From an uncultured Acidimicrobiaceae bacterium (GTDB taxonomy: Bacteria; Actinomycetota; Acidimicrobiia; Acidimicrobiales; MedAcidi-G1), in assembly GCA_963933065.1 (NCBI GenBank), contig CAWVUB010000001.1, positions 1,508 to 65,507 of the forward strand: a DNA stretch of 64,000 bases. Reading direction: 5' to 3'. Of the stretch, positions 1-9,171 are shown piece after piece. Both the position numbers and the translations under genes were made by a program. The notes beneath the pieces are model-generated. The model was not told where the DNA came from. It saw only the letters and a list, made by a program, of their open reading frames with translations, and searched no databases. The stretch's first letter is position 1. Each line of letters starts with the position of its first letter.

Positions 1-1
1 C

Positions 2-841
2 CGCTTTGGCCCCGCATTCGGCCTACCCCTCGACACCGACCTTGTGAATCGGGCGGTGGGATACGAGGAAGCGATCGAACGCGGTTTAGCCCGTTCAGCT
101 CCTGTTCTTTTAGAGCAGTTGGTGGGCGTGCCTGGCTTTAGGGTCCGGACAGTTGATAAAGATGGCCCAGTCATTGAGCCGGTGACTCCGACCCGCTTTC
201 GTAAACTTGATGTGGTATCACAGTTCTTCCACACGGTGGCCAGTCCCGCTGTGGCCTATCTACTTTTACTAATCGGCATGGGGCTGCTTGTATTCGAGTT
301 GTACACGGCTGGTGTGGGTATCGCTGGTTTCATTGGTGCTGGGTGCTTTCTCCTATCAACTTACGGGTTGGGCGTGCTTCCGGCCCGGGGTTGGGCCGTT
401 GGAGTATTGGTTTTCGCCTTCCTAGGCTTCGCCATTGACGTCCAAGCTGGCGTGCCGCGACTCTGGTCGGTTATAGGGACGATCTCTTTGGTCTTTGGCT
501 CAGTGTTCTTGTTTGAGGGCCAGTCGTTTTCATGGATCACGCTGGTCGTGGGCCTTTTGGGCACAGTTGCCGGGATGGTTGGAGGGATGCCGACCATGGT
601 TCGAACTCGTTTCTCGACACCGACTATCGGCCGGGAATGGATTATTGGTGAGGAGGGGAAAGCCGAAGAAAGACTCTCGCCCAACGGGACTGTGCGTGTA
701 CGCGATGCCGTATGGAGGGCCACTACTAACCGGGCTACTCCAGTGGAGTCCGGTGGCGACATTCGTGTGACTGGTGTAGACGGTCTGTGGCTGGAAGTTG
801 AGCCGACCGAGGGTGGGGCTCGCGATTATCGTCGCCGCTGA
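2..841 (+). CDS. NfeD-family membrane protein, C-terminal part (5' end outside window)
   Basis: The frame stays open from the window edge into ORF 44..841. Several hydrophobic helices are followed by a soluble beta-rich tail (TVRVRDAVWRA..IRVTGVDGLWLEVEP), as in NfeD proteins. Confidence 0.6.
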   Translation, partial: RFGPAFGLPLDTDLVNRAVGYEEAIERGLARSAPVLLEQLVGVPGFRVRTVDKDGPVIEPVTPTRFRKLDVVSQFFHTVASPAVAYLLLLIGMGLLVFELYTAGVGIAGFIGAGCFLLSTYGLGVLPARGWAVGVLVFAFLGFAIDVQAGVPRLWSVIGTISLVFGSVFLFEGQSFSWITLVVGLLGTVAGMVGGMPTMVRTRFSTPTIGREWIIGEEGKAEERLSPNGTVRVRDAVWRATTNRATPVESGGDIRVTGVDGLWLEVEPTEGGARDYRRR

Positions 842-936
842 TTCTTTCGTTTCACTCTTGTCTTGATCTAGGCGCGCGTCGTAGTTTCATTCCTGACAGC
901 CTGATGGAGGGGCTGGTGGAATAGAGGGGGTGTGGA

Positions 937-1191
937 GTGTCGAGCAACGGCGACTTCCAGGAGTGGCGTGATAGGGCGGCGTGCCGGGGACCTCAGGCCA
1001 CCGTGTTTTATCCACCGGACATTGGAGAAAGCCGTGGCGACCGTAAGCTCCGCGAGCTGCGAGCCAAATCAATCTGTGATGGTTGTGCAGTGGTCGCTAG
1101 GTGCCTTGAGTTCGCAGTAGATCGCGGCGAAACTCAGGGGATTTGGGGAGGAACCAACGCGTTTGAACGCCAAGCATTGATTGCTGTTTAA
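937..1191 (+). CDS. WhiB-family Fe-S transcriptional regulator
   Basis: 84 aa with a GTG start. Four Cys (AACRG...CDGCAVVARC, C-x2-C-x5-C) and a GIWGG turn. Confidence 0.85.
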   Translation: MSSNGDFQEWRDRAACRGPQATVFYPPDIGESRGDRKLRELRAKSICDGCAVVARCLEFAVDRGETQGIWGGTNAFERQALIAV

Positions 1192-1258
1192 TCGTGTGCC
1201 TGAGTAAGCATCTGATGCGCTATTCCCACTTTCTATGTGGAGAATCCCGTGGATCAGT

Positions 1259-2977
1259 TCAAACGTGTGGAAGACGCGGTCCAGCAATCCGGATATCGGC
1301 ACGCCGGCGAGTCACACCTGTTCCGTCCAGATGAGCGAGTAGTGGCATGGTGTGCTTGCGAGTGTTGCCGGCTGCCTCCCGAAATGCTGAGACAGTGAAA
1401 CCGTCAGGTTGTTTGGCCAGTATTTGGGCGGCCAACTCGCCAGCAGCCGTGATTGCAGAGGCTGCATAAAAGATCCCCTCCACCTCAACCACGTCGCCTC
1501 GCCGAACTAGTTCTCGTAGCTCACCTCGGTCGACACCATCGGGTTGCGGAGGAGTAAATGGTGAAGCGGTTAAGGCGGCCACGAATGGGTGGTTGGCGAG
1601 CGGATCGATGGCCCCGGTCGGCACCAGCCGACCTGTCTGGATCTCAGCGTCGCCGAGCAAGTGGGCGACAGCTCGTTCAAACTGCTCCAGTCCAGCGAGT
1701 TCCAGGCCCATGGGGCCGGCCGCGTGCATGGCGGTCCGAAGTCGTTCCACTGTTTCGTGGAGAACCTTTGGATCAACCACCCACTGGTCAACATCAGGAA
1801 TCCGGTATTGGCCAGTTAGCCGCTCCAATTCGCTGGCATCGATCCATCCGCGTTCGGCGATCACCCTGTCCACAGAGCGATCTGGTTGGGCTAACGAGGC
1901 TCGCTGCACGGGGTCAACGTCTAGTACTTCACCTCCACCAACCGTCTCTGATCGTCCTGACTCACGTAGCACGAACCGGTCTCCAGGTAGTAGGGGTAGT
2001 GGGCGGGGTAGGTGGATACGCACCGACCCTTCACTGCCAGGTTCCAGGGCTTCGGGTCCGAGAATCCGCATTCGTACCGGATGCTCACCCGAGCCGAGGT
2101 AGACGACGTGGGCCCCGCGACGTGAAACGGGGTGGTCCAGGCGGTCCAGCACTTTCAGTGAGGCATCGAACACCATTGTGTGGTGCCACTGATTCGGTCG
2201 CACGAGCACGTCACCTCGCTCTACCTCGTCATGGGATACGCCCACTAGGTTCACCGCACATCGAGTTCCAGGCGGTAGTTCCTGATGACTGGCATTGTGG
2301 TTTTCCAGTGATCGAACCCGGGCTCCAGTCCCTATCGGGTAGATAGCGAGTTCGTCATTGACTCTTAGGGACCCACCAGAAAGGGTGCCGGTTACCACCG
2401 TGCCAGCTCCTCGAGCCGAAAAAGCCCGATCGACCCAAAGGCGTGGCCACCCGCGATCAATAGCGGTAGGCGTAGAGGCCACTAGATCTTCGAGTGCGAC
2501 CCGCAAGTTCTCGAGACCGAACCCCGTGGGCGCATCAGTGGCCACAACTGGAGCGCCATCTAGGAACGTACCCTCAACCCGTTCTGCTATCTCCAAGCGG
2601 GCAAGTTCGACTAGGTCGTCATCGGCTGCACCAACTTTGGTGAGGGCAATTATCCCATGGCTAATCCCTAGCAATTCAAGTATTTGGAGGTGTTCCTCAG
2701 ACTGGGGTTTCCATCCCTCGGTGGCTGCCACGACGAACAAGCAGGCATCAACGGCCCCTACCCCTGCCAGCATGTTCTTAAGAAACCGTACGTGGCCCGG
2801 AACGTCGACTAGCGACAAGGTTGCGCCTGATGGCAGGGTGGTGGCGGCAAACCCTAGGTCGATAGTCAAGCCGCGGGCCTTTTCCTCCGCGAATCTGTCC
2901 GGATCAGTTCCGGTTAGGGCTCGGACAAGGGTCGACTTGCCGTGGTCGACATGCCCGGCTGTGGCAACGACATGCAC
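1259..2977 (-). CDS. selB: Selenocysteine-specific translation elongation factor SelB
   Basis: 572 aa. N-terminal GTPase (AGHVDHGKSTL, DVPGH), EF-Tu-like domains, then a long C-terminal extension. Starts 4 nt after the selA stop. Confidence 0.85.
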   Translation of the reverse strand: MHVVATAGHVDHGKSTLVRALTGTDPDRFAEEKARGLTIDLGFAATTLPSGATLSLVDVPGHVRFLKNMLAGVGAVDACLFVVAATEGWKPQSEEHLQILELLGISHGIIALTKVGAADDDLVELARLEIAERVEGTFLDGAPVVATDAPTGFGLENLRVALEDLVASTPTAIDRGWPRLWVDRAFSARGAGTVVTGTLSGGSLRVNDELAIYPIGTGARVRSLENHNASHQELPPGTRCAVNLVGVSHDEVERGDVLVRPNQWHHTMVFDASLKVLDRLDHPVSRRGAHVVYLGSGEHPVRMRILGPEALEPGSEGSVRIHLPRPLPLLPGDRFVLRESGRSETVGGGEVLDVDPVQRASLAQPDRSVDRVIAERGWIDASELERLTGQYRIPDVDQWVVDPKVLHETVERLRTAMHAAGPMGLELAGLEQFERAVAHLLGDAEIQTGRLVPTGAIDPLANHPFVAALTASPFTPPQPDGVDRGELRELVRRGDVVEVEGIFYAASAITAAGELAAQILAKQPDGFTVSAFREAAGNTRKHTMPLLAHLDGTGVTRRRADIRIAGPRLPHV

Positions 2978-2981
2978 AGGA

Positions 2982-4298
2982 TCAGCCGTTGGAGCCTGGG
3001 TCCGCGGCGGGCGTCAAACCTCTGATGGTCGCGGCGATCACAACATCGTCATCCGGATGAACGGTTCGTAGGTCGATGACCGTTGCATTGTTTGCTACCC
3101 GGGCAATCACCGGTGGTGATCCAGCTCGTAACTCGGCTACTCGGTCACCGGCCAGTATGAGGCCAACTGATGGAATTTCTACCCCCGGTAGCGTCCCTCC
3201 ACCGGGGACGGACACGGTGTCAGCGGTGAGATGGGGAGCGATTTGATCCGCTCGTTTCCGCAGGTCATCAATCGGGATAGTGGCCATTCGCCAGAATGGG
3301 ATCGCGTCGCCGTCACGGGCCAAGTAGGCCAGTGCCAGTTCCTGGAGCGACTGGAGCACAAGACTCCCTGGGCGCAGGGCCCGGGCCAGCGGATGGGCCG
3401 AACATGCTGCCACCAGGTCAGCTCGACCGGCGATAATCCCTGCCTGTGGTCCTCCCAGCAACTTGTCGCCCGAGAACGTCACTAGGGCCGCTCCGGCGTC
3501 GAGGGTCTGGCGGGCTGCAGGCTCGTCAGATAGCCATTTTGGTGGTCCAGCGTCTAGCCACGGGCACGCGGAGTCAAGCAGACCCGATCCGATGTCAGCC
3601 ACCACTGGTACGTCAAGGCTGGCGAGTTCTGCCACTGAGACCGATTCGGTGAAGCCCTCAATCCGGTAATTAGACTGATGGACGGAGAGGGTTAGAGCCA
3701 TCTCAGGATTTGAGTCAACGGCCCCCGAAAAGTCATCGAGGCGGGTTCTGTTGGTTGTCCCAACCTCCACCAGTTTGGCGCCCGACTGGTTCATCACATT
3801 GGGGATGCGGAACCCCCCACCGATCTCAACCATCTCACCACGTGATACGGCCACGCTCTGTCCAGCAGCCAAGGCAGCAAGTACTAGCAGAACTGCCGAG
3901 GCACAGTTGTTGACAACCATTGCCGCCTCGGCCCCACATGCGCGAGCCAGTAGGGCGGGAGCTCGGTCCTGACGAGACCCCCGGTTGCCGGTGGCCAGGT
4001 CAAACTCCAGAGTGGTATAGCGCTGGCCACCAGCCAAAGGAGGCCTCCACGGTGCGCGTCCCAAGTTGGTATGAAGTAGAACACCGGTGGCATTCACTAC
4101 GTCGGTAAGAAGGGCTCGGACCGTGGTTTCGGCTAAATCACGGGCTCGCTGAGCTGCACCATCAGGGTGACCATCAGCCACCGCAGTCCGTGCGGCGTCC
4201 ACCAAGAGAGGATGAGGTAAGCCGGTATCAACTAGCGATCGGGCTAGTCGATCGACGCTAGGTGGCCGGTCTGGGGAACTTTCAGCGGGTTGCTCCAT
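2982..4298 (-). CDS. selA: L-seryl-tRNA(Sec) selenium transferase SelA
   Basis: PLP-lysine signature FSGDKLLGGPQAGII and SelA-like length. Start moved to ATG 4298 (MEQPAESS...); the listed ORF opens at a TTG at 4355. Lies directly upstream of selB. Confidence 0.8.
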   Translation of the reverse strand: MEQPAESSPDRPPSVDRLARSLVDTGLPHPLLVDAARTAVADGHPDGAAQRARDLAETTVRALLTDVVNATGVLLHTNLGRAPWRPPLAGGQRYTTLEFDLATGNRGSRQDRAPALLARACGAEAAMVVNNCASAVLLVLAALAAGQSVAVSRGEMVEIGGGFRIPNVMNQSGAKLVEVGTTNRTRLDDFSGAVDSNPEMALTLSVHQSNYRIEGFTESVSVAELASLDVPVVADIGSGLLDSACPWLDAGPPKWLSDEPAARQTLDAGAALVTFSGDKLLGGPQAGIIAGRADLVAACSAHPLARALRPGSLVLQSLQELALAYLARDGDAIPFWRMATIPIDDLRKRADQIAPHLTADTVSVPGGGTLPGVEIPSVGLILAGDRVAELRAGSPPVIARVANNATVIDLRTVHPDDDVVIAATIRGLTPAADPGSNG

Positions 4299-4354
4299 AC
4301 AATCGCGATGATAGGCGGAGGGTTGACCTTTGGGTCCCGTCGTAACATGCGGCA

Positions 4355-4837
4355 ATGTTGTTGATCCTATTTCTGATTTTTGTGGTGACCCCGATCGTGG
4401 AGTTGGTCGTGATCGTTCAGGTCGCAGGTTCCGCCGGCGTGATGAATACGATCGGGCTGTTAGTGCTAGTCAGTGCTGCCGGCGCCTGGCTGGTCCGTCG
4501 TGAGGGTTTGGGGATTATTCGCCGGGTCCAGCGGGAAGTAGGCGAGGGTCGGATCCCAGAGCGAGAAATTGTCGAAGGGTTGCTAGTTCTGGGGGCTGGA
4601 GCACTCATGCTCACCCCAGGATTTGTGACTGATGCAGTGGGCCTCTTCTTTCTTTTTCCACCGACCCGGGTACTTGTGCGGTCCGTAACTACCCGCAGGC
4701 TCAACCGTTTAAGGACTAGTAGTCGTGGGAACTTCAGGTTTGGTTGGCGCAGTCAAGACATTGCAGATGGAGGAGGGATCCTCGACACTGACTCTTGGGA
4801 CGGTGGTCTGGGAGGTCCAGACGGGCCTAGCAGTTAG
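4355..4837 (+). CDS. fxsA: FxsA-family (UPF0716) membrane protein
   Basis: 160 aa. The N-terminal hydrophobic MLLILFLIFVVTPIVELVVIVQVAG and FVTDAVGLFFLFPPTR match the FxsA pattern. Confidence 0.7.
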   Translation: MLLILFLIFVVTPIVELVVIVQVAGSAGVMNTIGLLVLVSAAGAWLVRREGLGIIRRVQREVGEGRIPEREIVEGLLVLGAGALMLTPGFVTDAVGLFFLFPPTRVLVRSVTTRRLNRLRTSSRGNFRFGWRSQDIADGGGILDTDSWDGGLGGPDGPSS

Positions 4838-6015
4838 GCGCCGGCTGCGTCTAGTGCGTTTTCGGCTGCTGTGAGGAGCCGGGCACTGCAACCCGCCATA
4901 TCTACTGGTGGTGCCGCTTCGGTGATAATGCGCTCAACGATGTCTCGGTAAGCATCGGCTGCTGGGCCCTCACCAAGGGCAACTGGGAGACCGGCATCAC
5001 CGGCTGCGGCCACGGCCCCATCCAGTGGGATGCTTCCTAGTAGTGGGGCCCCTACCTGTGCAGCCAGCGCATCACCGCCTCCGGTACCAAATAACTCATG
5101 GCGGCTACCGTCGGGGGCCACGTAGGCACTCATGTTCTCGACAACCCCGACAATGCGTAAATAGTTAGCCCGCCCCATGTTCGCAACCCGCACAGCTACT
5201 TTCTGGGCGGCCAGAGTTGGTGTGGTCACCACCACCATCTCAGCTTGGGGGAGCATCTTGGCGAGGCCCATCTGCACGTCGCCAGTGCCAGGCGGCATAT
5301 CGATCAGTAGATAGTCCATTTGACCCCAAGCCACGTCCTCACAGAAGTGTTGGACAGCCCGGTTCAGGATTAAGCCACGCCACATGAGGGCAGATTCTTC
5401 GCTGTCGACAAGGAAGCCCATCGAGACGACCTTCACTAGGCCGCTACCAATCGGGACTTCAATTGGATCAATCTTCCCGACCTCGGGGGAGCCTCCAAGG
5501 CGACCTTCGACACCCAGCATGCGTGGCACCGAGAAGCCCCAGATATCAGCATCCATTACCCCGATGGTCATCCCACGCGCTGCCATTGCGGCAGCAAGGT
5601 TGACAGTTACCGACGACTTACCGACTCCCCCCTTACCAGAGGCCACCATCAGGACTTTGGTTGTTGCAGGGATTTCAGTATCCGGGGCGTTACGACTCAC
5701 GTTGAACCGAGCCCGAGCCATGGCTGTTGCTTTTTCTTCTGCGGAAAGTTCATCCCATGAAAGGTGGACCGATGAGACGCCGGGTAGATCGCTGACCCGC
5801 GCTCGCACATCTCGTTGGATCTGAGCTCTGAGCGGGCAGCCAGAGGTGGTCAAGGCGATAGTTACGTCTACTCGGCCGTCTGCATCAATCTTCACCGCCC
5901 GGGCCATACCAAGCTCGACGATGTCTGTACCCAGCTCCGGGTCGATGACTCCCCTCAGAACTCCAAGTACGTCTTCTTCTGACGGGCCAGCGCTGGTAGG
6001 GAGCGTCTCGTCCAT
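4834..6015 (-). CDS. mrp: Mrp/ApbC/NBP35-type Fe-S cluster carrier ATPase with N-terminal DUF59 domain
   Basis: DUF59-like N-terminus (VIDPELGTDIVELGM) and deviant Walker A (SGKGGVGKSS). 393 aa. Confidence 0.85.
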   Translation of the reverse strand: MDETLPTSAGPSEEDVLGVLRGVIDPELGTDIVELGMARAVKIDADGRVDVTIALTTSGCPLRAQIQRDVRARVSDLPGVSSVHLSWDELSAEEKATAMARARFNVSRNAPDTEIPATTKVLMVASGKGGVGKSSVTVNLAAAMAARGMTIGVMDADIWGFSVPRMLGVEGRLGGSPEVGKIDPIEVPIGSGLVKVVSMGFLVDSEESALMWRGLILNRAVQHFCEDVAWGQMDYLLIDMPPGTGDVQMGLAKMLPQAEMVVVTTPTLAAQKVAVRVANMGRANYLRIVGVVENMSAYVAPDGSRHELFGTGGGDALAAQVGAPLLGSIPLDGAVAAAGDAGLPVALGEGPAADAYRDIVERIITEAAPPVDMAGCSARLLTAAENALDAAGA

Positions 6016-6110
6016 GAGTCCATGATACGGGCCCTAACTCGATGGGGTTGACTTGGCGGGTCGTTGTTACACTAGAGCAATAGTCCGAATCCGAGTTTCA
6101 GGAGGAATCG

Positions 6111-6431
6111 ATGATCACGTTGACGGATGAGGCCACTACCAAGGTAGGCCAACTCATCGATAGCGAATCCGAAGATGGCCTGGCTCTTCGGGTGGCTGTG
6201 CGCCCCGGGGGTTGTTCCGGCTTTAGTTACGAGATGTACTTTGATTCTGATCGTGCTGCAGACGACCTAGAAAAAGCCTTCGGAGACGTTCGGGTAGTAG
6301 TCGATCCATCAAGTGCTCAACTTCTCGAAGGGGCCACACTTGATTACAAGGATGGCCTAAACGAAGCGGGGTTCTCTATCGACAACCCGAATGCTCAGAA
6401 AACTTGTGGTTGTGGGCAGTCGTTTAGTTGA
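6111..6431 (+). CDS. erpA: HesB/IscA/ErpA-family Fe-S cluster insertion protein
   Basis: 106 aa. GGCSGF motif and C-terminal CGCGQSF. AGGAGG RBS upstream. Confidence 0.85.
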   Translation: MITLTDEATTKVGQLIDSESEDGLALRVAVRPGGCSGFSYEMYFDSDRAADDLEKAFGDVRVVVDPSSAQLLEGATLDYKDGLNEAGFSIDNPNAQKTCGCGQSFS

Positions 6432-6525
6432 TTGATGGGTAGTTCATGAGTCGCTGGCTGTCTTTCAGATAAACCACTAGCCGGCGCTTATGGCGACGGC
6501 TTCTGTGGTTCTGAGGCATCTGATT

Positions 6526-7437
6526 TTAGACTGCAGTTTCTATAGCGGCGACCACTTCACTGTTGTCCATGGTGAAGTGCAACGCTGCGGTGATGATGCC
6601 TGCGGAGTTAGCCACGATAAGGCTGGGCTCAAAGGTCAGACCGAGCGCTGTCACTACTGGGGTGGTGTTGAAGTTGCCGGCCTCAGGCCTCTGGTAGACC
6701 TCGGCGTGAACCACGGACCATGGTTCAGGTCGGACTCGCATTGCTGAGCGGAGTAAGCCAACAGTTGGGCCGCACACATCAGACTGACAGAACCGCGGTG
6801 TTGACACCAGTAGCGCAACAGGGCCGGGACGAGCCAGTGCTTCTGTTACTGAGTACTCATGGAACGGACATGGTCCGTTGGGCTCCGTGCAGATCGGATC
6901 GACGTTCTTTGGATCAGCGATTGTCGGGGTAGCTGTTGCTGGGAGCGGGTCGCCTATCTGAAGGAGTTCGGTTTGATCGACATCAATTACTCGGAGGTTA
7001 TGAGGCTCAGACTTATTGTCGATGTGCACGACGTAGTCACCGGGATCGTTGATTTGAAAAACGAGGGGGAAGTATGGGGTGGCAGGTTTACCACCGTGTC
7101 GTTCGACCGTATGTGTGGCTACCACCGTGCCCTCAGCGCCGGCTTGTCGAATGGTGAAGTCCAGTTGTTGAGGACCCTCAGTGTCTATGGGTAAACCGTC
7201 AGTGCCAAGGAGCACGTAGGGCGCACGTTGAAGTGAACCGGCAACTATTGAACTAGGGGCCGTGTAGCCGTCGGCAAACCTGGCCCCCAGTTGCCATCCA
7301 ACTGGGTCCGTTTCTTTGATCTTTGCGGTCGTTGCGGTACCTGATTGGCTGCCTCTTCCACATGCCGCCACCAAGGCTCCGGCCGCCAACCCAACTAGTA
7401 CATGCCGCCGACCGATATACGGTTGGATCTGCTGCAT
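6526..7437 (-). CDS. Predicted exported lipoprotein with C-terminal thioredoxin-fold-like domain
   Basis: Start moved to ATG 7437 (MQQIQPYIGRRHVLVGLAAGALVAACG: RR motif plus lipobox Cys). The C-terminal half carries PRFCQSDVCGP. Function is not assignable. Confidence 0.5.
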   Translation of the reverse strand: MQQIQPYIGRRHVLVGLAAGALVAACGRGSQSGTATTAKIKETDPVGWQLGARFADGYTAPSSIVAGSLQRAPYVLLGTDGLPIDTEGPQQLDFTIRQAGAEGTVVATHTVERHGGKPATPYFPLVFQINDPGDYVVHIDNKSEPHNLRVIDVDQTELLQIGDPLPATATPTIADPKNVDPICTEPNGPCPFHEYSVTEALARPGPVALLVSTPRFCQSDVCGPTVGLLRSAMRVRPEPWSVVHAEVYQRPEAGNFNTTPVVTALGLTFEPSLIVANSAGIITAALHFTMDNSEVVAAIETAV

Positions 7438-7505
7438 GGTCGGTGACCATACCGGTGACCGGGCACACTCTTTGGGTGGGAGCATTTTCGCTAGATGACC
7501 AGACG

Positions 7506-9098
7506 GTGGGAAAATCTGTAAATCTGACCGTCGATGGTCGCAAGGTAGTGGTGGCCGACGAGAGCGGGACTTTGCTTGATGCTCTCCGAGGGCCACTGGG
7601 CTGCCTATCGGTAAAGGACGGCTGTAGTCCTCAGGGCCAGTGTGGTTGTTGCACGGTGCTGATTGATGGTCAACCTCGGGTGTCGTGTGTGACGCCTCTG
7701 CGTCGCGTGGCTGGACGGTCGGTTATTACCCTGGACGGTCTACCGGCCGGTGAAGCCAACCGATGGGCCAAGGCCTTCTGTGCGACCGGAGGCAGCCAAT
7801 GCGGGTTCTGCACACCCGGCATCGTTCTACGTTTCGCTGGACTAGAGGCTTCGGCGCCCGCTGGTACAACTCCCGATCGTGATCAGGCAGCCCGGGCGTT
7901 GCAAGCGCACTTGTGTCGTTGCACAGGTTGGCTAACCGTCTTAGACGCATGGGAGGTAGCCGTCGGTATCCGGCCAGCTCCCTCTGGGCTGGTAGACCGA
8001 AACGCATCGGAACAGCGTGCGTCCCTCGAGGGTCGTAGTCCCCAGATAGTTGGGCCCGAGGTAGCCCTAGGCCGTGGCGGTTTCGCTGCTGATACGGCAC
8101 CGGTTGGTGCCCTAATCGCCGTGCCAGGTGACGGGTCAATAGAGGATCCAGACACCTGGGTTGTAGCCGACACGTTGGCTTCTGCTCGACAGGCTGCTGG
8201 AAAAGTCCAGGGGCGTCGGACCACTGCTGACGTGGTGCCGCCACTGCGGGCGCCGGCGGCGGTTTCTGGTGAGGCTGGCCCTGCTGAGTGGGACGCCGTG
8301 CTGAGAACTGTGTGGGTTGAGCCTGCCCCTCTGGAGACCGACGCCGTTTGGTGTGTTCCTGGTGGTGAAACGTTTGGACCGCTGGCCAACGGCGGTGCCT
8401 TTGGAGCGAAGGTTGACTCGCCTCTTCCTGGTATCGCACGGGCCTTAGCTGACATGCATGACAAGCCGGTCCTAGTGACTCCTTCGCGTGAGGAAACTGT
8501 GCAGTTTGGTCCCAAGCGACCCCCGGTAGCCGGTGGCGCATTGGCTGACGGAACCGGAGTCCTACGGGTAGTCCGAACCCCAGGGATTGTGGAGGCAGTG
8601 GCTTCGGTTGCTCCTGGTTTAACTGTTTTAGAGGTTGACGTGGATGGCCCACCTACAGCGGCCACGGCTCGCGCTGCTGGTTGGGCGGAGGCTATTGTGC
8701 TGTTGACTGGTGCGGGAGCCATGGCGCCTGGTCAACCGGTGAGATCCCCCGATGGGGCGGAGGCAACGGCCACTGTCGAAGACGAGGGCATTTGGGTCAC
8801 CGTCCGATGCGGCAAACCACTTGATGAGGTGGTTCTGAGGTCCTACTGCATTGGCGCCGCTCATATGGCGTGGAGTTGGATTACCTCAGAAGGTCTGGCG
8901 GTCGATAACAGCGGCGTTGTCCATGATCTGACTGTGCGGTCCTTCGGTATTGTCCGGGCGAAGGACACGCCGTTGATAAACGTCGATGTGCTCGCCGACA
9001 GTGGCAGCCCCGTCAACGGATCAGATGCCGTGTTTGCCGCAGTGGCTGCTGCCACTTGGTGTTATCGAGGATGTCCTAATGAACTTCCGACTGGATAG
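7506..9098 (+). CDS. [2Fe-2S]-binding protein fused to a shortened xanthine dehydrogenase/aldehyde oxidase-like domain
   Basis: Start placed at GTG 7506. The N-terminus has both CoxS/XdhA-type cluster motifs (GCSPQGQCGCCTV...SC; QCGFCTPG; LCRCTGW). The remaining ~380 aa keeps GGAFGAK and a C-terminal Moco-domain-like string but is about half the normal large-subunit length. Confidence 0.6.
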   Translation: MGKSVNLTVDGRKVVVADESGTLLDALRGPLGCLSVKDGCSPQGQCGCCTVLIDGQPRVSCVTPLRRVAGRSVITLDGLPAGEANRWAKAFCATGGSQCGFCTPGIVLRFAGLEASAPAGTTPDRDQAARALQAHLCRCTGWLTVLDAWEVAVGIRPAPSGLVDRNASEQRASLEGRSPQIVGPEVALGRGGFAADTAPVGALIAVPGDGSIEDPDTWVVADTLASARQAAGKVQGRRTTADVVPPLRAPAAVSGEAGPAEWDAVLRTVWVEPAPLETDAVWCVPGGETFGPLANGGAFGAKVDSPLPGIARALADMHDKPVLVTPSREETVQFGPKRPPVAGGALADGTGVLRVVRTPGIVEAVASVAPGLTVLEVDVDGPPTAATARAAGWAEAIVLLTGAGAMAPGQPVRSPDGAEATATVEDEGIWVTVRCGKPLDEVVLRSYCIGAAHMAWSWITSEGLAVDNSGVVHDLTVRSFGIVRAKDTPLINVDVLADSGSPVNGSDAVFAAVAAATWCYRGCPNELPTG

Positions 9099-9171
9099 CC
9101 CGTTAAATCAGGGTGTGGAAGGTTATGACTCAATCTATGAAAATCGTGTCTACTAGGAACGGAGCACAGTT

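Noticed and set aside
6040-6075. TTGACT ... TACACT hexamers upstream of erpA as a sigma-70-type promoter.
   Set aside because: The spacer is only 14 nt, so the pair does not fit a canonical -35/-10 arrangement. It cannot be supported without transcript mapping.
6420-6450. erpA/HesB-like gene ending in TGA. HesB-like selenoproteins exist, so I checked for a UGA-extended C-terminus.
   Set aside because: The family C-terminal motif CGCGQSF is complete before the TGA, and the in-frame continuation is only 5 codons before another TGA.
7726-8722. Long antisense ORFs opposite real genes (for example 7726..8652, 7883..8722, 1558..2346, 16134..16856, 25641..26336, 22839..23357, 44698..45357).
   Set aside because: These are typical shadow ORFs of high-GC DNA. 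Their translations are Arg/Pro/Ser/Ala-rich and low-complexity, with no motifs. Each overlaps a gene with clear family signatures on the other strand.
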